Part shown: piece by piece, positions 27,449 to 37,607 of the stretch
Position numbering within the stretch: position 1 is the stretch's first letter
Layout: each line of letters opens with the position of its first letter
NCBI GenBank assembly: GCA_963666285.1
Contig: OY762711.1
From: Sedimentisphaerales bacterium
GTDB taxonomy: Bacteria > Planctomycetota > Phycisphaerae > Sedimentisphaerales > SM23-30
Reading direction: 5' to 3' (one strand)
DNA: 64,000 bases
Translations under genes and position numbers: made by a program
The notes under the pieces: model-generated
What the model was told of the DNA's origin: nothing
What the model saw: the letters and a program-made list of their open reading frames with translations, nothing else
The model's database searches: none

Positions 27449-28948
27449 TTAACGAGAACCTTTCATTAAAGCCGTAATTGTACGAAGCATAATCTGAATA
27501 TCCATCATGATAGACCAGTTTTTGATGTAATAAAGATCGTATCTGAGCTTTTCCCTGGCATCACATACGCTTGAACAATAGCGGTATCTGATTTGTGCCA
27601 TGCCTGTTATGCCTGGACGAGACCAGCATCTAAAAGAAAAGTACGGTACGTCTTTTTCTATCATTTCGACCAGCTCTGGAATTTCCGGCCTTGGGCCTAC
27701 CACAGACATATCGCCTTTGAGAACGTTCCAGAATTGAGGAAGCTCATCAAGCCTGGTTTTACGCAGGAAATGCCCTACCCGGGTAATTCGGATATCGCTT
27801 TTTTGTGTCCAGCCTTTTTTATTTTCCGTGCCAACTGTCATAGTTCGGAATTTATACATCTTAAAGGGCTTACCAAACTGACCCATTCGTTCCTGGGTAA
27901 ATATGACTGACTTCGTGCCAGACAGTTTAATCGCAGCCCATATAAGAACAAAAACCGAAAACCCTAAAGTCAAAACCAGAGTTGATACAATGATATCAAC
28001 CACTCGTTTAGAAAACGCCTGAAAATGCCCGTTGACTGTAATCCTGGACTGGAAAAACCAATCTTCTTTGATATGTTCAACCGGTACCTGCTCAAAAGCC
28101 TCTTCCATAAAGGTACATTCATCAAGCACCGTACATCCCGCCTGGGCCGCTTTGTAGCAGTATTCCAGCATTTTTTTAGACTTTGAAGCTTCTTTCGAAA
28201 GAATGATCTGATCAACCTCCATTGAACGACATAAGCTCCATAAACCTTCACTTTTATTAGTTAACCGGCCATGCGCAATACCATTCCAGCACCCGACTAA
28301 ATCATAATGATTACTATGCGATTTCAATTGCTGATTGAAGTCAGAAACTCCATTACTATTTCCGACCCAAAGCAGCCTGACACTGCTATTAGTTACAGCG
28401 TAATATATAAACAACTTAGGAATATAACTTAACATTCCATATGTACAGGCAAATGCCAATAACATTCGCCTACCAAGCTGGCTGTACAAAACTACATTGG
28501 AAAATAAAGTCAGCCCTAACACAGTAATAACAATACAAACTATCTGAGTAAAAAGAAGCTTGATAAAATTCTGATAATTTTTACGTTCATTTACACCAAC
28601 AATTACAGCGGCAAGCAAAGCACTAACAGCTGCAGCATAAAAGAAAACCGGACCCATTTGAGCGTGAAGCTTAAGTGTATTTACATATACCAGCGAGCTA
28701 AATGCTAAAATAGCTTCAAAAATCCCCCACTTAACACTTGAAACCTCAAGGGAATGCCTGGCAATACTTTTTAGAATAGATTGCCCTTTTTGCTTCCAGT
28801 TAAGCGTTGACGTCCGATATGGGAATTCCAGATTAGCAGAAAAATCTTTAGCCGTCCAAGCTCCATGAGGTTCAGGAATGGTTAATTCCGGAATATAACC
28901 CTCGAAAACATTTCCCGCCACGGCATTATCTGTTACTAAATTAGACAT
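27449..28948 (-). CDS. priming polyprenyl-phosphate glycosylphosphotransferase (WcaJ/WbaP type)
   Basis: KFRTM, RLDELPQFWNVLKGDMSVVGPRPE, RPGITG. Confidence 0.95.
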   Translation of the reverse strand: MSNLVTDNAVAGNVFEGYIPELTIPEPHGAWTAKDFSANLEFPYRTSTLNWKQKGQSILKSIARHSLEVSSVKWGIFEAILAFSSLVYVNTLKLHAQMGPVFFYAAAVSALLAAVIVGVNERKNYQNFIKLLFTQIVCIVITVLGLTLFSNVVLYSQLGRRMLLAFACTYGMLSYIPKLFIYYAVTNSSVRLLWVGNSNGVSDFNQQLKSHSNHYDLVGCWNGIAHGRLTNKSEGLWSLCRSMEVDQIILSKEASKSKKMLEYCYKAAQAGCTVLDECTFMEEAFEQVPVEHIKEDWFFQSRITVNGHFQAFSKRVVDIIVSTLVLTLGFSVFVLIWAAIKLSGTKSVIFTQERMGQFGKPFKMYKFRTMTVGTENKKGWTQKSDIRITRVGHFLRKTRLDELPQFWNVLKGDMSVVGPRPEIPELVEMIEKDVPYFSFRCWSRPGITGMAQIRYRYCSSVCDAREKLRYDLYYIKNWSIMMDIQIMLRTITALMKGSR

Positions 28949-29086
28949 AAATAAAACTCTAACAACAACTTACGATAGCATCCTATCATAACAATAAGAA
29001 ATATCTTTTATCGCATCCTTTTAAAAAAAGAAACCAGCTGCCCTGCTAAATAATTAACAAAAAGTCAGCCTAGTTAACTGTGTAAG

Positions 29087-29114
29087 TTATCGGCCTGATT
29101 TGACTTACCCTTCA
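29087..29114 (-). promoter_or_regulatory. candidate sigma28 (FliA/SigD) promoter
   Basis: TGAA-N16-GCCGATAA on the minus strand, about 140 bp upstream of the priming transferase. Confidence 0.45.
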
Positions 29115-29286
29115 ATAAAATCAGATATAATTTTGAATTAATATGAAGATATGAAATTTATATACATATAATTTTATAATAACTGAGATCTTAAGTCTGT
29201 ATAACTATTATTAATCATTAAAACAGATAAAGAGAAACTCATAAAATCCCAATAGAATAACATTAACGATGGCAAACCTATTATGA

Positions 29287-30174
29287 TTAATCATGAGACT
29301 TTAAGGAGTCAAAATAATTAACACATTGTTTAAGAGACATAAAACAATATTTTTTATCTTTCAACATCTTTATTAGTTTTGTAATTCTCCAGGCAGCCTT
29401 TTGCTCTCCTAAACGATATTTCACCCTGGTTGACAATTTTATTCCCGAATGCAGATCAGGTAATGGTCTGGAAGTCATTTCATAAGGGTGAATATAGAAT
29501 AAATAAAAGTTATGACCTTTGAGATATATTTTTATCAGACGTGACATTAACATCCATGGAAAAACTCTGATATATCCGCCGCCGGCAACCGGAATTGACA
29601 TGCCTGCAATAGAAACGGTCCCAACACCAAATTCATAGAAATTATCTTTTCGCCATATATTATCGGACAATAGCTGAAATCCAGACATATCAATCTGCCC
29701 ATATAATTTATGAGCTGAAAAATTGATTTTGCTGGCATCATATCTAAAGCCAAGATCTACTAATATGTCAATTTTTTCACGATCAATCCCGTAACTTGGG
29801 GCACGATAACCAATAACCTCGTCACCAATAATATCTTCGATTGAATTACGAACATTTATGGTATGCTCTCTAAAGACTTCAGCTGATTTTTCAACCGGTC
29901 GAATATGGTCCCAATCGTGACAAGCTATTTCAAATCCGGCCGAATGTAATCGCTGCAAATTATCCTTAAGCTGGCCAGCAATATCTCCAACAACTGAAAA
30001 TGTTGCATTGCCTACTCCATTATTAATTAATAGATCAGCATAATTATCTACTCCATCAAGAACGGAAAGACTACAATCAACCTTATTACGATTGACATAA
30101 TCAAGGTGATACCAATCTTCTACATCCATAACGAATGCAGCTATTTTACGTTTATCTGTTTCCACCAAATTCAA
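29287..30174 (-). CDS. polysaccharide deacetylase (CE4, DUF3473 type)
   Basis: DVEDWYH, EIACHDWDH, GYRAPS, GGGY, YIHPYE. Confidence 0.9.
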   Translation of the reverse strand: MNLVETDKRKIAAFVMDVEDWYHLDYVNRNKVDCSLSVLDGVDNYADLLINNGVGNATFSVVGDIAGQLKDNLQRLHSAGFEIACHDWDHIRPVEKSAEVFREHTINVRNSIEDIIGDEVIGYRAPSYGIDREKIDILVDLGFRYDASKINFSAHKLYGQIDMSGFQLLSDNIWRKDNFYEFGVGTVSIAGMSIPVAGGGYIRVFPWMLMSRLIKIYLKGHNFYLFYIHPYEMTSRPLPDLHSGIKLSTRVKYRLGEQKAAWRITKLIKMLKDKKYCFMSLKQCVNYFDSLKSHD

Positions 30175-31126
30175 ATTCCACAGTTCGTTTAAAAGCTTCC
30201 TCTAGACTATAAGGCGGTTTAAACCCAGTAGCCATCGCCCTGCCATTGTCGAAGCAGAGAGAAACTCTAAACTTTTTTATTCTTATAGAACTAACAGGAT
30301 AGGTTTTTCCAGTTATTCTGCTCAGTAAGTCAAAACAATATCCACCGCATAAACCAATCCAATACGGACACCTAAAACCAACACTAGCACTTCGCCCCAT
30401 AGCTTTTTTGGCAATGGATATCATCTGACCGGTTGACAGATCTGGTTTATCAACATAATTAAATAAGTAATTACCACGGTCAAGATTTTCGATAACATAT
30501 TGCATAAAACAGACTATATTACCCACATAATTTACTGATTTAAGATTTTTCCCATCACCAACAACAATAAAACGTTTTTGATATATCTGTTGCAGCATAA
30601 GATAAATATTGCCGCGATTGTGTTCACCAAAGACAACACACGGTCTTATAATAATCAACTGTTTACCATCGCCATTCTTATACCAATCCCGTAAAACCTG
30701 TTCTGCGTTAAATTTGCTCTCACCGTATGGATTAAATGGAGCAGGCGGCGTATCCTCACTGGGATCACCTTCTACAAACAAAGGGTAAACTGCCGAACTG
30801 CTTGTAAAAATTATATTTTTAACACCATGACAATCCATGGCCTTCACTAAATTGGTCGTACCGGTAACATTCACCTGATAATACAAATCCAAAGGTTTAA
30901 CATTGTCTGTATGCTCAGCTGCAAGATGTATAACATAATCACATCCGGCTACAGCGTCAGCGATTTCATCATAATTTCGCACATCACCTATTATCACATC
31001 ATCCGTTAAATTGCGATCTGAATGTTTAAGATCGAATACCCGTACTTCATAGCCCTCACCAACTAATAACTTCTGAAGATTAGTTCCTATAAATCCGCTA
31101 CCGCCTGTAATTAATATTTTCATCAT
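30152..31126 (-). CDS. NAD-dependent epimerase (UDP-GlcNAc 4-epimerase-like)
   Basis: GGSGFIG, HLAAEH, YGESK; start moved to MMKILIT. Confidence 0.9.
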   Translation of the reverse strand: MMKILITGGSGFIGTNLQKLLVGEGYEVRVFDLKHSDRNLTDDVIIGDVRNYDEIADAVAGCDYVIHLAAEHTDNVKPLDLYYQVNVTGTTNLVKAMDCHGVKNIIFTSSSAVYPLFVEGDPSEDTPPAPFNPYGESKFNAEQVLRDWYKNGDGKQLIIIRPCVVFGEHNRGNIYLMLQQIYQKRFIVVGDGKNLKSVNYVGNIVCFMQYVIENLDRGNYLFNYVDKPDLSTGQMISIAKKAMGRSASVGFRCPYWIGLCGGYCFDLLSRITGKTYPVSSIRIKKFRVSLCFDNGRAMATGFKPPYSLEEAFKRTVEFEFGGNR

Positions 31127-31133
31127 TGAATAA

Positions 31134-31916
31134 TTAAAAAAACCTTCCACCCGAAATAATAAATTCTTTTCTATCCTTTTTAGTTGGAAATGAATAATAA
31201 GTAGATTCACTTTCCAAATTAGGCTTGCGTTCAACCAATCCAACATTGATCTTTTCAACAGCCTCAACTAATGCCTTAGCCCCAAGAGCCTTTGTTTTAA
31301 TCAGTAAATCATGCCAACTGTCCTCCGGCAATATCTCAACCGTTTTCTGGACCAGGATATCACCATCGTCAATCCTGGCCTCCAGGTCATGAACAGTTGA
31401 AGCGGCAAATTTTTCCTTATTTTTCAACATCCAAAAAGAAGGCATTACGCCTCTATACCTTGGCAACGGAGCACCGTGAACGTTTATACAGCCGGCCGAA
31501 AACCTATCCCTTATTTTCTTTCCGATTATCTGCGGACAGCTAAGAGAAACCAGCAGTTCTGGTTCTGTTTGATCCAGCAGCACAGTAAACTCATCACACT
31601 TGATATCTTCGAAATAATAATATGGTATACCATAAGTCTTTGCTACCTGAGAAATTGAATAAAAAGGTCCGCTTTCGGCAGGATTTGTCAATTTAGCTTT
31701 AATTTTAGCAGACATTGATAAGCACCCGACTCGTAAAAAAGTAAGCGGGCCAAGAAAATCCACATATTTCTTTACCCCTGTCATAAAACCGGAATTGGTT
31801 CCCATAGTTGGTAAAGCTACAACCGCCACAATGCTGTCTTTTAATTCACGACAAACAATTGATAAAGCCAGCGGCTGGTATAGATTATCATATTGTGTAA
31901 GAAGAATAATTTTCAT
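31134..31916 (-). CDS. formyltransferase
   Basis: INVHGAPLPRYRG, VH...IDDGDIL. Confidence 0.88.
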   Translation of the reverse strand: MKIILLTQYDNLYQPLALSIVCRELKDSIVAVVALPTMGTNSGFMTGVKKYVDFLGPLTFLRVGCLSMSAKIKAKLTNPAESGPFYSISQVAKTYGIPYYYFEDIKCDEFTVLLDQTEPELLVSLSCPQIIGKKIRDRFSAGCINVHGAPLPRYRGVMPSFWMLKNKEKFAASTVHDLEARIDDGDILVQKTVEILPEDSWHDLLIKTKALGAKALVEAVEKINVGLVERKPNLESESTYYSFPTKKDRKEFIISGGRFF

Positions 31917-32012
31917 TTGATTTAAAATACGCTATATGCCTGTCATATTATACAAGAGTCACTTTTGACTGTTCAGCATAAAAATTCTGTAAAGTGCTTC
32001 ATAATACAAAAG

Positions 32013-33110
32013 TTAAATTTTCAACACCTTTTCATAATACTTCTCAAATTGATCTGCTATTAAATCCCATGAGAAATTATTTCTGACTCTATCGATAGCT
32101 TTGCCTGCCATATTATCTTCATTATTTTTATGTTCTAACATTGCTGTAAGTTGTTCTGCCAGACTTTTGACATTGCTGCTTTTAAAAGACCACCCGGAAT
32201 CACCAATCGCTTCGAGATTTTCGGGTATGTCACTTACCAGGCAACGACACCCATAGCTCATTGCCTCAAGCAATGCAATAGAAAGCCCTTCAATATCAGA
32301 CGGCTGGACATACAGGGAGCAATAACTAAACAATTCATCCAAAAGCCTACCCTCAACAAATCCTGGGAAAATCACCCTTTCGTCTCCACCGGCTAAATCA
32401 ATTAATTCCTGCTTATATTCATCCTCATTCGGCACATCACCTGCAATAACAAGTTTATAATCAGTATTTAATGACTTAAATGCCGGTATCAGGTAATGTG
32501 CTCCTTTCTCCCTGACAAGCCTGGAAGCAAATAAAACATATTTTTGAGGTATCAAACCCAAAGAAAAAATTTCCAGAGCTTCCGGTTTAATTTTAATGTC
32601 AGCACCAGTCGGAATATATTCAACATCAATGCCATATGTTTCGTTAAAATATTTGCACTGTGTCAGGGAGACAGCAGTAAATGGAATTTTGTGTTTAATA
32701 ACTTTTTTTTCAAGAAAAAGTGCTATTTTTGCGCTTAATGAATTAAACCTGCTGCGTTTCCACTCCAAGCCATGCCACTGCAATATGCATTTCTGCTTTA
32801 ACAAACGAGCCAGCCCAACCCAGGTACCGGCCGGAATTGTGTGAAAGTGGCAAATGTCGTGTTTTTGCCTGCAAGCCTTTAATACCGCAAAGAACGCTGC
32901 TGTACCCTTTTCTAATACCCTGCCTTTTAGCGAAGGAACATACCTAATTGTCATACCCTCATATTCAGAAACATTTTCACCATAATGTCTCATTGAATAA
33001 ACAGTAACATTATGTCCCCGCTTAACCAGACGCGAGCCAAGTTCAAGCGTATATTTTTCAATGCCTCCGCCTCGGCTAATATTTTTTACAACAATAAAAG
33101 CAATATCCAT
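32013..33110 (-). CDS. glycosyltransferase GT4
   Basis: GGIE; EGLSIALLEAMSYG; start moved to MDIAFI. Confidence 0.92.
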   Translation of the reverse strand: MDIAFIVVKNISRGGGIEKYTLELGSRLVKRGHNVTVYSMRHYGENVSEYEGMTIRYVPSLKGRVLEKGTAAFFAVLKACRQKHDICHFHTIPAGTWVGLARLLKQKCILQWHGLEWKRSRFNSLSAKIALFLEKKVIKHKIPFTAVSLTQCKYFNETYGIDVEYIPTGADIKIKPEALEIFSLGLIPQKYVLFASRLVREKGAHYLIPAFKSLNTDYKLVIAGDVPNEDEYKQELIDLAGGDERVIFPGFVEGRLLDELFSYCSLYVQPSDIEGLSIALLEAMSYGCRCLVSDIPENLEAIGDSGWSFKSSNVKSLAEQLTAMLEHKNNEDNMAGKAIDRVRNNFSWDLIADQFEKYYEKVLKI

Positions 33111-33111
33111 C

Positions 33112-34173
33112 TTACAAAGAACTCTGCGATTTCGGCCCTGTTTTTTCACAATCACAACGATATCGACCAACATTATAAAGCGGGCAGCATTTGGTATCCA
33201 CAGGCTTCCCCAGCATTGCCCGGATCTTATTTTTTATCACCCAGGGCAACGTCTTTCTAATATATTTCTTCATGACAGGTGAAGCTGAGCCAATCATCCA
33301 GCAGTTTTTCGGGCAGTTCGCTACCTTTTGCCTGACTTTTTCGGCATTAGGACTGTTCCATATATCCATAAAATTTTCAACTTTATTCAGGTTGCCCATA
33401 CTTTCAAGCCAGTATTTTTCTTCCATGCCATTACAGGGCAGAACTTCGCCATAAGGGTCAATAAAGAAATTCTCAGTGCCAGCCTCACATGGCAGCATTC
33501 TTCTACCGCCTTTTATATAGTTTATCAGGCCGAGGTTGAACAATGCCCTAAACCAGTTTTTTGGATGTTTTTCTTTTAATAAGCGATTGATCAATTCATC
33601 AAAATGGCCGCAAACCTCATCTATATTAGTTATTTCATTATCATGCTTATGGAAATAAAATGAGTTATGAAACGCAGCGGTTGCAAACTGCATATTAAGA
33701 TTTTTTGCCAATTCATAAAGAGCCAGTAAATCCTTGGAATTATTATTGGAAACTGTAATACCAAAACCAATATCCTTGACACCAAGCCTTCTCAGCTCCA
33801 GCAAAGTTCGCAGTCCCTTGTCAAATCCGCCGGACCTGCCGCGCAGCTCATCATTTTTTTGCGACAGACCTTCAATACTAACCCGAAAGCCAAGTTTGGG
33901 ATATTTTCTTGCTGTCTCCAGAAGCTCCTTATCCATCCACCCACTTGTCGAAATAACAATCCGATCTGTTCTGGTAAATAATATCTCTATTATCTCATCG
34001 AGATCTTTGCGGACAAACGGCTCTCCGCCGGTTACATTTACCAGCTCGAGCCGAGGCAGTTTTTTGAGCAATTCCGGCTTAAACTCATCTTCTATTTTTG
34101 ATGGATTATTCCATATATCACACATCCTGCATCGCATCGGACAGCGATATGTGGTTATTATTGATGCTTCCAT
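33112..34173 (-). CDS. radical SAM / SPASM-twitch protein
   Basis: CPMRCRMC, TGGEP, CEAG...PC...CPKNC. Confidence 0.93.
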   Translation of the reverse strand: MEASIITTYRCPMRCRMCDIWNNPSKIEDEFKPELLKKLPRLELVNVTGGEPFVRKDLDEIIEILFTRTDRIVISTSGWMDKELLETARKYPKLGFRVSIEGLSQKNDELRGRSGGFDKGLRTLLELRRLGVKDIGFGITVSNNNSKDLLALYELAKNLNMQFATAAFHNSFYFHKHDNEITNIDEVCGHFDELINRLLKEKHPKNWFRALFNLGLINYIKGGRRMLPCEAGTENFFIDPYGEVLPCNGMEEKYWLESMGNLNKVENFMDIWNSPNAEKVRQKVANCPKNCWMIGSASPVMKKYIRKTLPWVIKNKIRAMLGKPVDTKCCPLYNVGRYRCDCEKTGPKSQSSL

Positions 34174-34184
34174 TTATTCTCTTT

Positions 34185-35396
34185 TCATTTCATTGCACGT
34201 CTATATACATCTATCAATTTCTCATAATGAGTATCCGAAGAATAATGTTTTTCCAGTTTACATCTAGCTGCTTTGCCCATTTTTGTAAGCACCTGGCTAA
34301 TAGACCACATATTCAGAATTTTATCCTTTAGATCTACAGCATCACCAGACTTAAACAGTATTCCTGTACTTCCATCATCGATCATCTCGGGTATCCCGCC
34401 AATATCAGCTCCTAAAACCGGCTTGCCATAGGCATAAGCTTCCAGAATTGACATCGGAGCATTTTCACACCATTCAGAAGGTACAACAGCAAAAGCTGCT
34501 CCCTGATAAAGGCTAGAGAGTTCATTCCCTGTTTTGTATCCCAACAACTCGACACTGCTAATATTATTATCAACAATGAAACTCTGTACCTGTTCTCTCA
34601 GAGGGCCATCACCAACTATCTTTAACGGAATATCCAGCCCGGCCATTGCTTTCAAAAGAGTCAAAACACCCTTCTCATGTGACAATCTCCCGGCATATAA
34701 TATATATTCACTATCCTCATAATTTACCAGATACTGGTCGGGATCTACAAAATTTGGGAGATAAACCAGTTTTTCTTCTGAAAAGCCACTTTCCAGCATT
34801 TTCCCCTGTATAAATTTGCTCGGACAGATATAATATCTGACTTTTTCCCATTTTTTGAACCATTTGTTATAGTATGATTCCATGGTATATACAGCAGATG
34901 CCAGAGTACTATTCTTATGGCATCTATTCTTTACACAATGCCAGTAATTTCTACCTTTACAATCCTCACATACCTGCCCTTTATTGAGCATTAGATATGA
35001 TGAGCAAATCAGTTTATAATCATGCAAAGTCAACACAGAAGGCATGTCCAGTTTATTAACTGCGTCCAAAACCGAAGTCGTCAGACCACCATAAATATTG
35101 TGAGCATGAACAACATCAGGGTTAAACTCTTTTAATACTATTTTTAGATTATCTGCAGCTTTTTTATTCCTTATAACATCAATAGCTCCTCTTACCTTAC
35201 CCAAACCTCTTAAGGCTTCAAAGTCAGCCTTTTCGGGAAAATATTTTTCATACTTACAAGTCTGGTTTTCTGGACATAGTTGCGAAAACCCGTTAACTTG
35301 ATGTCTATTTTCAAGCAGAAGTTCCTGCTCCTGAAACATTACCTTTTCAGAGCCGCCACGCAAATAATAATAATTGTTTAAAAAGAGGATATTCAA
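34185..35396 (-). CDS. glycosyltransferase GT4
   Basis: GGSE, TLHDYKLIC, ENAPMSILEA. Confidence 0.93.
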   Translation of the reverse strand: MNILFLNNYYYLRGGSEKVMFQEQELLLENRHQVNGFSQLCPENQTCKYEKYFPEKADFEALRGLGKVRGAIDVIRNKKAADNLKIVLKEFNPDVVHAHNIYGGLTTSVLDAVNKLDMPSVLTLHDYKLICSSYLMLNKGQVCEDCKGRNYWHCVKNRCHKNSTLASAVYTMESYYNKWFKKWEKVRYYICPSKFIQGKMLESGFSEEKLVYLPNFVDPDQYLVNYEDSEYILYAGRLSHEKGVLTLLKAMAGLDIPLKIVGDGPLREQVQSFIVDNNISSVELLGYKTGNELSSLYQGAAFAVVPSEWCENAPMSILEAYAYGKPVLGADIGGIPEMIDDGSTGILFKSGDAVDLKDKILNMWSISQVLTKMGKAARCKLEKHYSSDTHYEKLIDVYRRAMK

Positions 35397-36556
35397 GAAC
35401 CACCATTTAGCACTTGCATATACACTTCATAAAACCTGTCAACTGCTTTTGACCAGGTATAATTATTTTTGATATTGGATTCTGCCTTTACTGAAATATC
35501 TTCTAGGTATTCAGGATTATCTATCAGCTCCAAGAGTTTAGCTTTCCAATTGTCAAGATCATTTGGTGGAAGAATAAAACCTGTCTTTCCATCAATAACT
35601 AACTGGTCAGAACCAGCCGTAAGTGTTGTCAAAATGGGCAGACCAAAAAACATAGCCTCCAAAATAACCATTCCGTATATCTCATAATCACTATGCAGTA
35701 AAAACAAATCTGCAATTTCATATATACTTGATATTTCATCTTGCGGGATACCAGGAATGTATCTGACTCTATTTAGGTCGGATTTAGCTCTTAAGTTATT
35801 TTCAAATCGTTCCTGATATTTTGAATTTCTTGAACTGCCGACTATCAGAAAATATACATCGGTCCTATCATCACAAATATTCTCAAAAAGTTCCAAAAGA
35901 AAGTATATTCCCCTACGCTCCTCAAGTATACCTACATATAACAATAGGGTAGCATTTTCTGGTATATTTAAACTTTTACGACTATACTTTTTTGATTTAT
36001 TGATAAAAATACTATCATCCAGTCCAATCGGAGCAACATGGATATTATTAAAATTCAAACCCTTCATATAACCCGCAGCATAATTTGTTTTTGCGATAAC
36101 TGCATGAGTGCTTTTTCTAATACGGTTCAAAAAACAGGAATTGTAACATTTTTGCATCATACTTGGGAAAAAACCATCATAAGGCTTATACATTCCCTGG
36201 CATAAAACAAGCGGAATCCAGCTTTTTATTGCACATCGACCTGACAAATAAGACATTAAAAAATGGTATTCATGTACCTGAATAAGATCATATTCACCAT
36301 TCGATAAATAATTCAGAAGTTTTGGAATATAACATTGGTATCCTAACAAAGAAATATAAGGCATACAAATCAGCTTAACAGCATTACTACCATCATATTC
36401 TATTTCAAAGGTCTCAGGCTTTACATTGTTTCCAACAACATAAACATCAGAACTTATGTTTTTTTTTAATAAAGCTTTAGCCAGACCTAATTCCTGGCAA
36501 TTATACTCATTTATATCAAGAACATGCCCTATTGTACGAATAATTGCCAACTTCAT
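35393..36556 (-). CDS. glycosyltransferase GT4
   Basis: EIYGMVILEAM. Confidence 0.9.
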   Translation of the reverse strand: MKLAIIRTIGHVLDINEYNCQELGLAKALLKKNISSDVYVVGNNVKPETFEIEYDGSNAVKLICMPYISLLGYQCYIPKLLNYLSNGEYDLIQVHEYHFLMSYLSGRCAIKSWIPLVLCQGMYKPYDGFFPSMMQKCYNSCFLNRIRKSTHAVIAKTNYAAGYMKGLNFNNIHVAPIGLDDSIFINKSKKYSRKSLNIPENATLLLYVGILEERRGIYFLLELFENICDDRTDVYFLIVGSSRNSKYQERFENNLRAKSDLNRVRYIPGIPQDEISSIYEIADLFLLHSDYEIYGMVILEAMFFGLPILTTLTAGSDQLVIDGKTGFILPPNDLDNWKAKLLELIDNPEYLEDISVKAESNIKNNYTWSKAVDRFYEVYMQVLNGGS

Positions 36557-36668
36557 TTTATATCCATAATAAAATATTTACTCTTCAGAAATAATTCAAT
36601 ATAATGGCCCGTTATGATAGATACTTGACTTTAACAGCATCAACTCCAACAAAGTATGAGATTTTTGT

Positions 36669-37607
36669 ATGAATTGGAAAATAAAAGCTTACGCACAAAA
36701 AATGATCGCTATATTCCCAGAAAAGTTTTCTTATAAAGCGTATTTACATCTTCAACATAATTACGGTGCAATTAGAATGGCTGCAAACCCTATGGGCGGA
36801 CTGAGCGCTGGGATAGACATTTACAATCATATTAAATGTAACAACATCAATCCTCTTGATAAAATATTTTTTGAAGTTGGAACCGGAACAGTACCACTTG
36901 TACCACTATCTTTATTTTTATTGGGTTGCAAAAAAACCATCTCGGTAGATTTAAACCCATACATAAATGATCTAATGTTCAAACAATGCCTTAGATATAT
37001 GATAAATAATGAAAAACATATCCGCAATCTCTTTGGTGAAAAAGTTGTCAATGAAAGATTAAAAACATTAATTGAACATTTAATATCCAATGAATATTCT
37101 AGAAAAAACATATTAGAGCTATGCAATATTGAATATCAATCTCCAATGGATGCCAGAAAAACTAAATTGAATGATTCTTCTATCGATTTTTTTATTTCGA
37201 AAAATGTCTTCGAACATATTCCGAAATCAGAGCTCCAGGATATCATTATTGAAGCAAACCGAATAGTAAAGCCAAATGGACTATTCATCAATCACATTGA
37301 CTATATTGACCATTACTCATATTCAGATAAGAGTATCAACAAAATAAATTTCCTCAAATATTCCGACAAACAATGGAATTTTTACGCAGGCAATAAATAC
37401 GCATATACCAACAGAATGCGTCATAGTGATTTCATTGACTTATTCAAAATTCTAAATCATCAAATAATTGAAGAACAGCCGGAAACAAATAATGATATTT
37501 TAGAAAAGCTAAATAGCAATTTAATATATCTGGATAAAAAGTTTAAAGATAAATCTTGCCAAGACCTTTCAATAATGTCTGCATGGATAATATCTAGACA
37601 CCATTAA
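36669..37607 (+). CDS. class I SAM-dependent methyltransferase, antisense to the EPS operon
   Basis: FEVGTG, DFFISKNVFEHI, VKPNG. Confidence 0.85.
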   Translation: MNWKIKAYAQKMIAIFPEKFSYKAYLHLQHNYGAIRMAANPMGGLSAGIDIYNHIKCNNINPLDKIFFEVGTGTVPLVPLSLFLLGCKKTISVDLNPYINDLMFKQCLRYMINNEKHIRNLFGEKVVNERLKTLIEHLISNEYSRKNILELCNIEYQSPMDARKTKLNDSSIDFFISKNVFEHIPKSELQDIIIEANRIVKPNGLFINHIDYIDHYSYSDKSINKINFLKYSDKQWNFYAGNKYAYTNRMRHSDFIDLFKILNHQIIEEQPETNNDILEKLNSNLIYLDKKFKDKSCQDLSIMSAWIISRHH

